Source: an uncultured cyanobacterium
GTDB taxonomy: Bacteria; Cyanobacteriota; Cyanobacteriia; Cyanobacteriales; Microcystaceae
Direction of reading: 5' to 3'
Assembly (NCBI GenBank): GCA_963807635.1
Contig: CAWEDJ010000024.1
Location: 1-32,703, forward strand
DNA length: 32,703 bases
Shown here: positions 21,401 through 30,471 of the stretch, piece by piece
How positions within the stretch are numbered: position 1 is the first letter of the stretch
Layout: the number at the start of each line of letters is the position of its first letter
Program-made: the position numbers and the translations under genes
Notes under the pieces: model-generated
What the model saw: only the letters and a program-made list of their open reading frames with translations
Told to the model about the DNA's origin: nothing
Databases searched by the model: none

Positions 21401-22076
21401 TCACTTGATCAACATAGCATCGTAAAATAGGGGAAATATAGGCATCTACAACGGTAGTATCTCCCCGTGAAACCAGTTTCATTAAGGGGCTAACTTGATG
21501 GGAAATGGATATCTGAGTAAAACCAATTTCTTCGGCGATTTTAGCAACTTGTTTTTCATGATCAGAGTAACGATAACTGTGCATCAAAATAATGGCACAA
21601 CCCCGAATGCCTGATTGATAAATTTTGATTAAATCTATTTTAATTTGTTCTAAATTAAGCGGTATTAATTCATGACCTTGAGCATCAATTCGTTCTTCTA
21701 CTTCAATCACTGCTTCATACAATAATTCGGGTAAAATAATTTCACGAGCAAAAATATCAGGTCGATTTTGATAACCAATTCTTAGGGCATCTTTAAATCC
21801 TTTAGTAATCATTAAAACTGTGCGATCGCCTTTTCGCTCTAATAAAGCATTTGTCCCGACCGTTGTACCAATTTTGATGACTTCAATTTCTTCTGAGGTC
21901 AGTGAATCTTGGGGAGATAGCCCTAAAATATCTCGAATCCCTTGAACGATCGCATCCTGATAAAGTTCTGGATTTTGGGATAATAACTTATAGGTAATAA
22001 TTTGATTATCTGGGGTAATGGCAACAATATCGGTAAAGGTTCCCCCGCGATCAGCAAAAAATTTCCAAGGCATCAT
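18435..22076 (-). CDS. 5-oxoprolinase (ATP-hydrolysing), fused hydantoinase A/B
   Basis: DRGGTFTD, SGPAGG, DMGGTSTDV, SVNIKERLDFSCA, GGTHLPD, TNSRLTDPEVLE, TPGGGGFG. Confidence 0.95.
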   Translation of the reverse strand: MMPWKFFADRGGTFTDIVAITPDNQIITYKLLSQNPELYQDAIVQGIRDILGLSPQDSLTSEEIEVIKIGTTVGTNALLERKGDRTVLMITKGFKDALRIGYQNRPDIFAREIILPELLYEAVIEVEERIDAQGHELIPLNLEQIKIDLIKIYQSGIRGCAIILMHSYRYSDHEKQVAKIAEEIGFTQISISHQVSPLMKLVSRGDTTVVDAYISPILRCYVDQVTNQLNNHKKSSIKMMFMQSDGGLTNANNFQGKDSLLSGPAGGIVGAVQTSLKAGFNKIITFDMGGTSTDVAHFNGEYERQFETEIAGIRMRVPMMAIHTVAAGGSSILKFENNRYQVGPDSAGANPGPASYRRGGPLCITDANILLGKIQSQYFPSVFGITGNLPLNSDIVQQKFTQLAQQIQAQTGHFYTPESVASGFIEIAVENMANAIKKISVQRGYDVSEYTLVCFGGAGGQHACLIAEKLGIQRIFIHPYAGVLSAYGIGLADIRVVKQCSIEKCLQTDNLEELKKVITELQLAAEQEIMASLENSSKDNQILIKVRLKYQGTDSTLLIDFQEDIALMRLAFEQEHQLRYGFIQLHKNLIVDSLFVEIIQPIAIPEEPIISRSSQGVPYAIAEVKIFTKNQWYDTPVYQREDLQPDDQIIGPAMIVEKTGTNIIEPNWQATLTNRNSLILEPINSKKILRKEAVEQILLKPDPVRLEIFKNLFQFIAEEMGITLQNTATSVNIKERLDFSCAIFDQRGDLVANAPHIPVHLGSMSASVHSLIEAVGNNLKKGDVYASNNPYNGGTHLPDITVITPVFNQTGTQILFYVASRGHHADIGGITPGSMPPNSHNITEEGVLIDNFQLIQQGEFQEIALRELLSNNTYPARNLDQNIADLIAQVNANAKGVEELQRIVEHYGLFTVQAYMNFVQNHAEESVRRAIAVLKAGEFCYVMDGGEKIQVKITIDYQHRSAIIDFTGTSAQLKSNLNAPVAVCQAAVLYVFRTLVNENIPLNHGCLKPLTLIIPEGSMLNPSYPAAIVAGNVETSQAIVNALYGALGVMAASQGTMNNFTFGNEKYQYYETICGGSGAGATFAGTSAVQTQMTNSRLTDPEVLEWRFPVLLESFEIRPHSGGLGQFNGGDGVIRKIRFLESMKANILSGNRVIPPFGLNGGRSGQVGHNYLIRQDGSLEELGAIASVSMEAGDTFVIETPGGGGFGEPQVEP

Positions 22077-22499
22077 TTTATTCCTGTTATTAATAGTGGG
22101 GAATTATATCTTATAAAAAACACAATATCTTTAAAATAAAACGGCGATCACCTAATATAAAGTAATGTAATTTTTGAATTTTCTAATCCATATTAAAAGC
22201 AAACCAAACTGCCCAAACGAGCAGACTTCCAAAAAAGATAGTTCCAAATAACAAAACAATGGTATTAAAAGTTTGAGAATCAATTAAAGTCATACAGAAT
22301 ACGGAAATAAACACTACTTTCTGTATTAAGCGGGATCAATCAACCATTTGTCAATCCTATACAGGAGGGAAAACCTAACGATTTATAAAGTTGACCTGTG
22401 ATCGCGTCATAGATCTAGAAGGATTCATGGCACAATTAGAGGTTAACTAGATGTTTAAAATCTGCTGTTAATCTTCCTTCATTCCCTAATAAATTCACG

Positions 22500-22772
22500 A
22501 TGTTACGGCTTATCCCCTGGTTTCTGCACATCATTGACCCCATCCTCATCCCTCTTTGTTTTTGCTTTGCTTGGAGCTTCTTATTTCTGTTGGGATGGAC
22601 ACTCTGGCAAGGCATTAAAGATACTGCTACGCGATCGCGACAAATGCACCAAATTCCCTGCACCCGTTGTCAATTTTTTACTAATTCCCATTACCTCAAA
22701 TGTACTGTCCGCCCTAGCATTGCCAATACGGAACAGGCGATTTATTGCTCCGATTATTATTGCCAGGATTGA
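22500..22772 (+). CDS. Conserved cyanobacterial small membrane protein with Cys-rich C-terminus
   Basis: TM segment followed by HQIPC..CQFFT....LKCTV.P..A.TE.AI.C.DY. Confidence 0.75.
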   Translation: MLRLIPWFLHIIDPILIPLCFCFAWSFLFLLGWTLWQGIKDTATRSRQMHQIPCTRCQFFTNSHYLKCTVRPSIANTEQAIYCSDYYCQD

Positions 22773-22780
22773 ATCAATTA

Positions 22781-23617
22781 ATGAAAATTGGCATCGTGGG
22801 ATTGGGATTGATTGGGGGATCATTGGGTCTAGATTTTCGCGCCCAGGGGTTTTCGGTATTGGGGATTTCTCGTCAGCCAGTAACTTGTATTAGGGCAAAA
22901 GAAAGAGGAGCGGTCGATCAAGCGAGTGTGGACTTTTCCCTATTATCGGAGGCTGAAATCATTTTTCTGTGTACTCCGATCGCGGCCATTATACCGACGC
23001 TCAAATCTTGCATTCCCTACTTAAAATCAGACACTCTAGTAACCGATGTGGGATCGGTAAAAGCTTCGATTGTCGAAGAATGTTCGCAACTTTGGCCCAA
23101 CTTTCTCGGTGGGCATCCAATGGCAGGAACGGCGGATCAAGGCATTGAAGCGGCTCAATTGGGACTATTTAAAAACGCCCCCTACGTTCTTACGCCGACA
23201 CAGCAGACAAAACCGCAAGATTTAGCCCAAATGGCAGAACTGGTTAACGCTTTAGGCGCAACCTTATATCAATGCGATCCCCAGAGTCATGATCAAGCCG
23301 TTGCCTGGATTTCCCATTTGCCCGTGATGATTAGTGCCAGTTTGATCTCAGCTTGTCAGGGAGAATCCGATCCCGCTATTTTGCACTTAGCCCAAAGTTT
23401 GGCGAGTTCGGGTTTTCGAGATACCAGTCGCGTTGGCGGAGGCAATCCTGAATTGGGGGTGATGATGGCCCAATATAATCAGACCGCCCTGTTGCGATCG
23501 CTGATGGCTTACCGTCAGCAATTAGACCAGATGATTGATTTAATTGACCAGAAAAAATGGCCCGCATTGAATGAACAATTACAGGCGACTAAGCGCGATC
23601 GCGAATTATTCCTCTGA
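22781..23617 (+). CDS. tyrA: Prephenate/arogenate dehydrogenase
   Basis: MKIGIVGLGLIGGS Rossmann motif, TDVGSVK, GGHPMAG, HDQAVAWISHLP, GFRDTSRVGGG. Confidence 0.95.
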   Translation: MKIGIVGLGLIGGSLGLDFRAQGFSVLGISRQPVTCIRAKERGAVDQASVDFSLLSEAEIIFLCTPIAAIIPTLKSCIPYLKSDTLVTDVGSVKASIVEECSQLWPNFLGGHPMAGTADQGIEAAQLGLFKNAPYVLTPTQQTKPQDLAQMAELVNALGATLYQCDPQSHDQAVAWISHLPVMISASLISACQGESDPAILHLAQSLASSGFRDTSRVGGGNPELGVMMAQYNQTALLRSLMAYRQQLDQMIDLIDQKKWPALNEQLQATKRDRELFL

Positions 23618-23672
23618 AGACGGTTTTAGCAAACTGCAAGTATGCAGTAGCCCTGAACCTCAACTATTGATT

Positions 23673-23827
23673 ATCGGCGTTGCTAATTTAAAGTATGTTT
23701 TTGCCCCCCTAGCCCCCCAACTTTGGGGGGAATAATTCATTAAAAGTCCCCCAGAATTGGGGGATTTAGGGGGCATTTAAAAAGTCATTGTGACAGGAAA
23801 TTCATATCCTGATTAAGCAACGCCGAT
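23673..23827. repeat. REP/MITE-like palindromic element with nested GC-rich hairpins
   Basis: Outer inverted repeat ATCGGCGTTGCT (23673-23684) / AGCAACGCCGAT (23816-23827). Inner pair GCCCCCCTAGCCCCCCAACTTTGGGGGGAA (23703-23732) and GTCCCCCAGAATTGGGGGATTTAGGGGGC (23746-23774). Confidence 0.85.
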
Positions 23828-24045
23828 TAATCTTCATCCCACGCTTCAACTTTTAATACTTCGCCAATAGGATCTTGCATTCCAAAGCCAAAATCTTCTA
23901 GTTCTTTTTTCCAGAAACTCCATTCATCGCCATAGAGCAAGGCTAATTTCCAGAGACTATCGTTGGGTTTAATGGCTTTCGACTCGACAAGGGAGGCCAT
24001 TTTGCGCTGAAACTTTTCCATTGGATGGGCAAGTGTTTTTGTCAT
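23827..24045 (-). CDS. DUF4327-family protein
   Basis: HPM.K.QR...SLVES..IKP.DSLWK.ALLYG.EW..WK.EL.DFGF.MQDP, a cyanobacterial family. Confidence 0.85.
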   Translation of the reverse strand: MTKTLAHPMEKFQRKMASLVESKAIKPNDSLWKLALLYGDEWSFWKKELEDFGFGMQDPIGEVLKVEAWDED

Positions 24046-24319
24046 AAATTTTGGTTAATTTACGGATATTTACTAAATTGTTGAAAGATTTTACAAGGAG
24101 GGACTGCTCTGAAGAAGTCGTTTTTCTAAAACAGGTGTCAAAAGCGAGAGCAGTGAATAGGGATACAGCATCCTTGCTTCTTCTATTCTTACTTTATTTA
24201 TCTTCATAATGCAATAGTTTAGCTCAGAAAGTACGGTAATTACTACTCCAAATTCCTTAAAATCAACATAAATTGGCAAGTTCTTGGTCTGTAACCCCCT
24301 TGATCCTCTATCAAAAATT

Positions 24320-24664
24320 TTATATTTCAGATTTTTCATTGCTATTTTCTAAGGCGATCGCCCAATCGTGCATCGTTAATAACATCGGCTTTAAACTTTC
24401 TCCCAAAGTGGTTAAGGAATATTCAACCCTGGCAGGAACTTCGGCATATACCACCCGATGGATCAATCCGTCCATTTCTAGTTCCCGTAATTGTTGCGTT
24501 AAAACTTTTTGGGTAATCTTGGGAAGGCTTCTTTGTAACTCATTAAATCGTTTTACTTCAGAAAATAAAGCTTGTAAAATTAGGATTTTCCAGCGACCAC
24601 TGATCATCTCTAATACTTTTTCTGCGGGACAAAAAGCATCTTTTTTAGGTGAAAAATTTCCCAT
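24320..24664 (-). CDS. HxlR/DUF24-family winged-helix transcriptional regulator
   Basis: CPAE..LE.ISGRWKILIL, KRFNELQR, ITQKVLTQQLRELE.DGLI.R.VY.EVP.RVEYSLT; N-terminal Cys. Confidence 0.93.
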   Translation of the reverse strand: MGNFSPKKDAFCPAEKVLEMISGRWKILILQALFSEVKRFNELQRSLPKITQKVLTQQLRELEMDGLIHRVVYAEVPARVEYSLTTLGESLKPMLLTMHDWAIALENSNEKSEI

Positions 24665-24681
24665 AATGACTCAGTATCTTT

Positions 24682-24696
24682 TAGGTAACTTACCTA
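24682..24696. promoter_or_regulatory. Perfect palindrome, candidate operator between hxlR-like and pirin genes
   Basis: TAGGTAA-C-TTACCTA in the 123-bp divergent intergenic region. Confidence 0.45.
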
Positions 24697-24787
24697 CTAT
24701 CCAGTGCCTACTTTCACTCTAATTCAAAATTTGTTAATCTTGAAAATAACAACGGAAGAATCATTATCACAAACCATCGAGGAAACT

Positions 24788-25486
24788 ATGCTGGAATTGC
24801 GTAAATCACAGGAACGGGGTTATGCCGAACATGGATGGCTCAAAAGTTATCATAGTTTTTCCTTTGCCGACTATTATGACCCTAATCATATCAGTTTTAG
24901 AAGTCTGCGGGTTATTAATGAAGACCGTATCGACCCAGGCGCGGGCTTTCCGACTCATGGACATCAAGATATGGAAATTATTACCTATGTCCTAGACGGC
25001 GAATTGGAACATAAAGACAGTCTGGGTAGTGGTTCTATCATTCGTCACGGTGATGTTCAACACATGAGTGCGGGAACGGGCATTGCCCATAGTGAATTTA
25101 ATCCGTCTAGAACTAATCCTGTGCATTTATTGCAAATTTGGATTATGCCGAATCAAAAGGGATTAAAACCTAGTTATGAGGAACAAAAAGTCGATCTAGA
25201 GAATGCTTCGGGTAAATTTCAGTTAATGGTTACGCCTGATGGTCACAATCAAACGATTAAGGTGAATCAAGATATGACCCTATCGGTGGCACTCCTCAAA
25301 GCGGGTGAGGAATTTAGTCATGCTCTCGATTCTCAACGTTACGGTTGGTTACAAGTTGCGAAGGGCAATCTCACCCTCAATGATCTACCGCTTCAACCTG
25401 GGGATGGAGTCGCGATCGCCCAGGAATCCGCATTGAACATTAAAGCCGAGAGTGATGCGGAAATTTTACTCTTTGATATGGCTTAA
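24788..25486 (+). CDS. Pirin-family (YhhW-like) bicupin protein
   Basis: RG...HGWLKSYHSFSFADYYDP, LRVINED, GFPTHGHQDMEIITYV, HSEFN, LQIWI. ATG 24788 preceded by GAGG. Confidence 0.93.
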   Translation: MLELRKSQERGYAEHGWLKSYHSFSFADYYDPNHISFRSLRVINEDRIDPGAGFPTHGHQDMEIITYVLDGELEHKDSLGSGSIIRHGDVQHMSAGTGIAHSEFNPSRTNPVHLLQIWIMPNQKGLKPSYEEQKVDLENASGKFQLMVTPDGHNQTIKVNQDMTLSVALLKAGEEFSHALDSQRYGWLQVAKGNLTLNDLPLQPGDGVAIAQESALNIKAESDAEILLFDMA

Positions 25487-25494
25487 ATAAATTG

Positions 25495-25535
25495 GGCTTT
25501 CATCCTAAAAGAACCTTTAGGGGAGAGCCTTTTTT
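25495..25535 (+). terminator. Probable intrinsic terminator after pirin
   Basis: GGCTTTC..CCTAAA / TTTAGG..GAGAGCC imperfect stem followed by a T6 run. Confidence 0.55.
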
Positions 25536-25548
25536 CATTATTTCTAAT

Positions 25549-25839
25549 TTAAGGATGGGGAGTAATAGCAATAATGGTTATTTCCTGCTGATTCGGCCCA
25601 TAATGCCAAAATATCCGAAAAGCCCCAGGTGTTTTATTTTCGACATAGGATTCAAACACTTCCTCACCCTTTTGACCTCGAATTGCGTTGTATTTATGGG
25701 TCTGTAAACTGCGATGGCGAAGATTTATTTGCATTAAACCCAATGTTTTCCGAACTTTTTCTAGTTTTTTAGGATCATCGATTTCAAGTTCTGTTAAAGC
25801 TGTTTGGGCTTTAGGTTGAAATATTAGTCGAAAATTCAT
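25549..25839 (-). CDS. RelE/ParE-superfamily-like toxin
   Basis: 96 aa basic protein: L.TH.Y...FESYVENKTPGAFRIFWHYGP....ITIIAITPHP, ending in the RelE-like R-I-F strand and terminal H. Confidence 0.65.
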   Translation of the reverse strand: MNFRLIFQPKAQTALTELEIDDPKKLEKVRKTLGLMQINLRHRSLQTHKYNAIRGQKGEEVFESYVENKTPGAFRIFWHYGPNQQEITIIAITPHP

Positions 25840-25901
25840 CAGTATATCTAAAATGTAATGTTACAAATTCAACCTAGTTGCTTTAGCTACAAATTGGAAA
25901 T

Positions 25902-26207
25902 TTAAGGTGAAAGTTCACCACAGTCGTCTATCTCCAAATCGGCATATTTAGCAAAAAATCCGATATATTCCCCTTTTCCTTCCGCAGACTCCTTTAATCC
26001 CTGCTTGACTGCCGCTAAAGCTTCAGGATTTTCAAACAGCCAACGCTCACGTTCGGGAATATCGACGATGGGTTCTAATAGAATTTGTCCGAGATCATTG
26101 GTTAGAACACGGTAAGTTTTGCTTTTTATGCCAGTCTCAAGGGCAATATTTCCTTGACTATCGGATTGAACAACTTCTTCTATAACGCGAAATTCAGTGT
26201 CAAGCAT
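25902..26207 (-). CDS. Putative antitoxin (AbrB-like N-terminus, acidic C-terminus)
   Basis: DSQGNI.L...YRV.....GQILLEP...IPERERWLFENPEAL..V.QGL.ES; upstream of the RelE-like gene. Confidence 0.6.
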   Translation of the reverse strand: MLDTEFRVIEEVVQSDSQGNIALETGIKSKTYRVLTNDLGQILLEPIVDIPERERWLFENPEALAAVKQGLKESAEGKGEYIGFFAKYADLEIDDCGELSP

Positions 26208-26332
26208 GGTACTTTTGGGATTTAACTAAAAATATTGACAAAATCTACTATAAAGAAAGTTAATTGTCGATTTTCATTAATATAGCTCAGACTTCTAATC
26301 TTAACTTAAATCATAGCGAATCAGAATTAAGA

Positions 26333-27523
26333 TTAAATCTGTAAATTAATCTCCTGTTTACTAAACGGTAAATCCTGATTAATCGCATCAATTTCATCCT
26401 GTTCCATTTGATTGATCTCATCAATATAGTGGAGCAGGATTTGGCTCATTTTTTGATTATAAAAGCGGTGTAAACTGTAATTTGGCGTTGCAGGAAATCC
26501 CCTTCTGCGTTTATGTTGACCGCCCGCCCCTGGATCAAAAAGCGTAATCCCTTGTTGAATTGCCCAATTAATCGGTTGATAATAACAGGCTTCAAAATGG
26601 AGACAATCAAACTCTTGCAAGCTTCCCCAATAACGACCGTAGAGATTTTCATCCTTGCGTAAACAAAAGGACAATCCAACGGGATGATCGGGATTATTTT
26701 CACTGAAGGCCGCGACTAAAACGACTCGATGTTGATAATTGGGATAGAGATTTTCAAAAAACTGACGGGTTAGATATTTACTACCCCAATAAAACTTGTC
26801 ACAGGTACTACTATAAAACCGATAAATGAGAGGAAATAAGTGATGGGGAATTTCTGCTGCTGCTAGGGTTTTAATGGTTAATCCCGCTTGTTCTACGGAT
26901 TTACGTTCCCGTTTAATATTGCGCCGTTGATTGGCATCAAACATTTTTAGGTAATCATCAAAACCGCTAAAACCTTGATTTTGCCAAATATAACTGTGGT
27001 GTAACCAACTCGTAAATCCGTAGTTTTCCATTGTTTTTCGCCATTGGGGATCAACAAAAAGAAAGTTACAACCCGATAGACCGTTGCGATCGCAGAAATG
27101 ATCGATCTGGGAAACCATAATTTCGGTGAGGGTAAACTCATCTTCCCCTGGAGCCATCAGAAAACGATACCCTTCGGCGGGGGTAAAGGGAGTCATGCCC
27201 AATAATTTGGGGTAATATTCAATGCCTAAACGAGCGGCTAGATTTGCCCATTGATGATCAAAGACAAATTCACCGTAACTATGCCCTTTCACATAAAAAG
27301 GAGCCGCCGCCACCAGTTCTTGACCTTTCCAGATTGTTAAATGACAGGGTTGCCATCCTGTTCTTGCCGTTGCACTCCCAGAAATTTCTAGATTATTGAG
27401 CCATTCCCACTCCAAAAAAGGCGTTTTCAACGGTTGAGCTAGGGCATCCCAAGCAGCTTGGGGAATATCGGCCATGCGTTGTTGCCATTTCACGGAATAG
27501 GGAGATTTGAATGATTTAAACAT
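26333..27523 (-). CDS. GNAT/FemAB-like acyltransferase (DUF482 family)
   Basis: HSYGEFVFDHQWA, YYPKL..MTPFTP, LYGRYWG, LHFEACYY, GAGGQHK.RRGF. Confidence 0.9.
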   Translation of the reverse strand: MFKSFKSPYSVKWQQRMADIPQAAWDALAQPLKTPFLEWEWLNNLEISGSATARTGWQPCHLTIWKGQELVAAAPFYVKGHSYGEFVFDHQWANLAARLGIEYYPKLLGMTPFTPAEGYRFLMAPGEDEFTLTEIMVSQIDHFCDRNGLSGCNFLFVDPQWRKTMENYGFTSWLHHSYIWQNQGFSGFDDYLKMFDANQRRNIKRERKSVEQAGLTIKTLAAAEIPHHLFPLIYRFYSSTCDKFYWGSKYLTRQFFENLYPNYQHRVVLVAAFSENNPDHPVGLSFCLRKDENLYGRYWGSLQEFDCLHFEACYYQPINWAIQQGITLFDPGAGGQHKRRRGFPATPNYSLHRFYNQKMSQILLHYIDEINQMEQDEIDAINQDLPFSKQEINLQI

Positions 27524-27554
27524 GGCGATGGGGTCTTCACCTCAATTGGCTTTT

Positions 27555-28265
27555 TTATAGGTTATCGCAACTATTTTGAATGTGACCCTTGTAATGTAAG
27601 AAAATTTCCTGTTCTCGTCTTTCTACGCTGATCAACTGTAAGCTTTTGGCGTTGGCGAGAGTAAAACCTTCTCCTTCGACGGGAGTGGGAGCCATTGTTC
27701 CACCGACTAAAAAAGGACAAATGGTTAACCAAATTTCATCAATGTAATCTGCTTCTAATAAGCTACTAATCAGGGTTCCGCCGCCTAAGACTGCTAATTT
27801 TTTGATTCCTGATTCTCCTAGCTTATTGAATGCTTTTTCCCAATTTATCGCTGATTCTGGACTTTCAATCTGAATAACTTTTTCAAAGCCAGCAGATTTT
27901 TGCGATCGCCACTGGTCTGCCCCTTTATCGGTCGTCAAGAGCCAACGCGGGACAGGTTGAGAAAAAAAGGGAAATTGGGGATCGAGCCGTCCTGAAGCCG
28001 AACAAACAATCTGTACGGGTTGGCTGGGTTGCGATCGCGCTTGTCGTTGGGCAAGTAAATCAGGATTTTTAATCGATAAAGTGGTTCCGTAGGCTCTGAG
28101 GGTTTCCGCTCCAAAAAGGACTCCATCGACCAGGGCAATCTGAGATTCCAGATGATCTTTATCCTGTTGTGAACCGAATCGAGCGGCGGTTTTGTGGCGA
28201 TCGCTAATTTTGCCATCAGCAGTCATCGCTAATACCACAGTGGTATGGGGTCGTTGCATATTCAT
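27555..28265 (-). CDS. RibD C-terminal (pyrimidine reductase-like) domain protein
   Basis: AMTADGKI, GAETLR, LAVLGGGTL, IDEIWLTICP...GG..APTPVEG.GF. Confidence 0.88.
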   Translation of the reverse strand: MNMQRPHTTVVLAMTADGKISDRHKTAARFGSQQDKDHLESQIALVDGVLFGAETLRAYGTTLSIKNPDLLAQRQARSQPSQPVQIVCSASGRLDPQFPFFSQPVPRWLLTTDKGADQWRSQKSAGFEKVIQIESPESAINWEKAFNKLGESGIKKLAVLGGGTLISSLLEADYIDEIWLTICPFLVGGTMAPTPVEGEGFTLANAKSLQLISVERREQEIFLHYKGHIQNSCDNL

Positions 28266-30352
28266 CTATAAAGAATCTGCGACTAAATAGGTGTAACGTC
28301 TCAGACTTTGTTCATAATCATCCAAAAGACGTTGAGCCTCTTCAAAGGTAATTTTTTGTTCCGCCAGAGCCGCTTCCGTATAGCGACGCATACTTTCCAA
28401 TAAATCCGACCCACATCGTACTGCACATAGCTCAACACTTCCGTCATCGTATCCCCTCGAACAATAGATTCAATCTGATAACCCTTGGGATTCATGGCGA
28501 TATGTACCACATTAATATCCCCAAAAAGATTATGTAAATTTCCCATAATTTCCTGATAGGCTCCGATTAAAAACATTCCCAAATAATAAGAATCTTTTGT
28601 CAGGATTTTTTCGGATTTGCCATCAGAATTAATGGTGCTTTTTTTGCTGGATAAAATGGGATGTAATTCTAAGACAGACTTCACATCCCTCAGATCAATA
28701 AATTGATCGATCTTACCGTCACTATCACAGGTTAAGTCGGCTAAAATCCCCCGCTCTGTGGGTTTTTCCTTCAGACGATGGATCGGCATGATCGGAAATA
28801 ATTGATTGAGTGACCAGGATTCGGGGGCAGATTGGAAGACTGAAAAATTCACATAGTAAATAGAAGCCATGATTTTTTCTAGATCTTCTAAATCATCGGA
28901 AACATAGTCCTGATGACGAGTGATTTCTAGAATTTTATGACAACGAGCCCAATATAATTTTTCTGCCCTGGCTCGTTCCGTTAAACTCAAATAACCGAAG
29001 TTAAATAGACTAATGGCTTCTTCCTTAAATTGAATGGCATCGTGATAAGATTCTTGGTAATTTTTTTTAGAAATAGAGTTATAAATTTCCCAAAGATTTT
29101 TAACAATTAGATGTTCTTTATTATCTAAGGGTTCGGGGGGATTGTAGGGAATATCACTGGTACTTAATACATCAAAGACTAAAACCGATTGATAGGACGC
29201 GATCGCCCTGCCGCTTTCACTAACGAGGGTGGGAACTGCAATGTTGGCTTGCTCACAGGCTTCTTCAATCGCCCCTACAATATCGTTGGCATAATTCTGC
29301 ATATTGTAGTTTTTCGACGCATAGAAATTCGTATGAGATCCGTCGTAATCTACCGCTAAACCACCTCCTACATTGAGATAGCGCATTTTCGCGCCCATTT
29401 TAACCAACTGAATATAAATTTGGCTGGCTTCGCGCATTGCTTCTTTAATGAGGGTGATATTAGAAATCTGGGAACCGACATGGAAATGCAATAATTTCAG
29501 ACAGTCCAACATTTCTACCGCTTCCAGTTGATTCACCATTTTGAGAATTTCAGGAATGGTTAAGCCAAATTTAGAGCGATCGCCGATGGAGGTTTTGGCC
29601 TGTCCCCAATCCTTGGGATTTAACTTAGCTCGCACCCCTAAAATGGGCTTAATATTTAATTTTTGACTAATATCAATCACCAGATAAAGATCCTCTAATT
29701 GATCAATCACAATAATCGGTTTGTGGCCTAATCGTTTGGCTAATAAAGCGGTTTCTAAATATTCTCGGTCTTTATAACCGTTACAAATAATTAAACTTTT
29801 CAGGACTTTTTCATTGCGGTCTAATTGGGGCGGCAAAGTGGCTAGGGCAATCATTAATTCGGGCTTGGAACCTGCTTCTAACCCAAATTGATAGGGTTTT
29901 GCCATAGTGAATGACGGCTTCCACAATATGCCGTTGTTGATTTACATTTAATGGGATAAACCCCTTGATAAATGCCAGGGTAATTATAACGAGCGATCGC
30001 CTTAGCAAAACAAGCATTTAAACGTTCAATACGGTCAGCCAAAATATCAGAAAAACGGATCAAAATGGGCAATCCCAAATTCCGTTTACGCAGAGATTCT
30101 ACCAATATCCAAAGATCCAACGACCCCGCGATCGCCCTGGGGAGAAACCGTCACATGACCCGCCGCATTAATCGAAAAATAAGGATCACCCCAACCCTGG
30201 ATACCATAGAGATTTTCACTATCCTCGATTGTCCAGAGAGGAGCCTCTTTTTTAGATTTTTTCATGACTTTTTCGGCTTTAGAAGGCAAATCTTCCAAAA
30301 AAATCTCTAGTTCAGGTTTATTATCCAAATCCATCACTGACTCCTCAGACAT
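28266..30352 (-). CDS. speA: Biosynthetic arginine decarboxylase; about four apparent frameshifts
   Basis: LY.I.GWG.PYF, YPIKC(N)Q PLP-lysine motif, GLEAGSKPEL, KFGL, HFHVGSQI, GGGLAVDYDG, SESGRA, DLTCDSDG, GAYQEIMGNLHNLFGD. Shifts near 30122, 29941, 29898 and 28410; C-terminus ...YEQSLRRYTYLVADSL* ends at 28266. Confidence 0.93.
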
Positions 30353-30471
30353 ACGAATGATTCCTATCCTATCTTGCCACTGTACTAACCTAGTTTAAGG
30401 GTAAAGCGTGATACAATTGACTGGTTTTGTGGGTCACGATTGTTATTGTTAACGGTTGATATTGAATTTTT

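Noticed and set aside
23673..23827. CRISPR array or tRNA
   Set aside because: Inverted rather than regularly spaced direct repeats; no cloverleaf or T-loop consensus; no cas genes.
25855..25864. GTA...TAC as an NtcA site
   Set aside because: The spacer is 4 nt rather than the required 8 nt.
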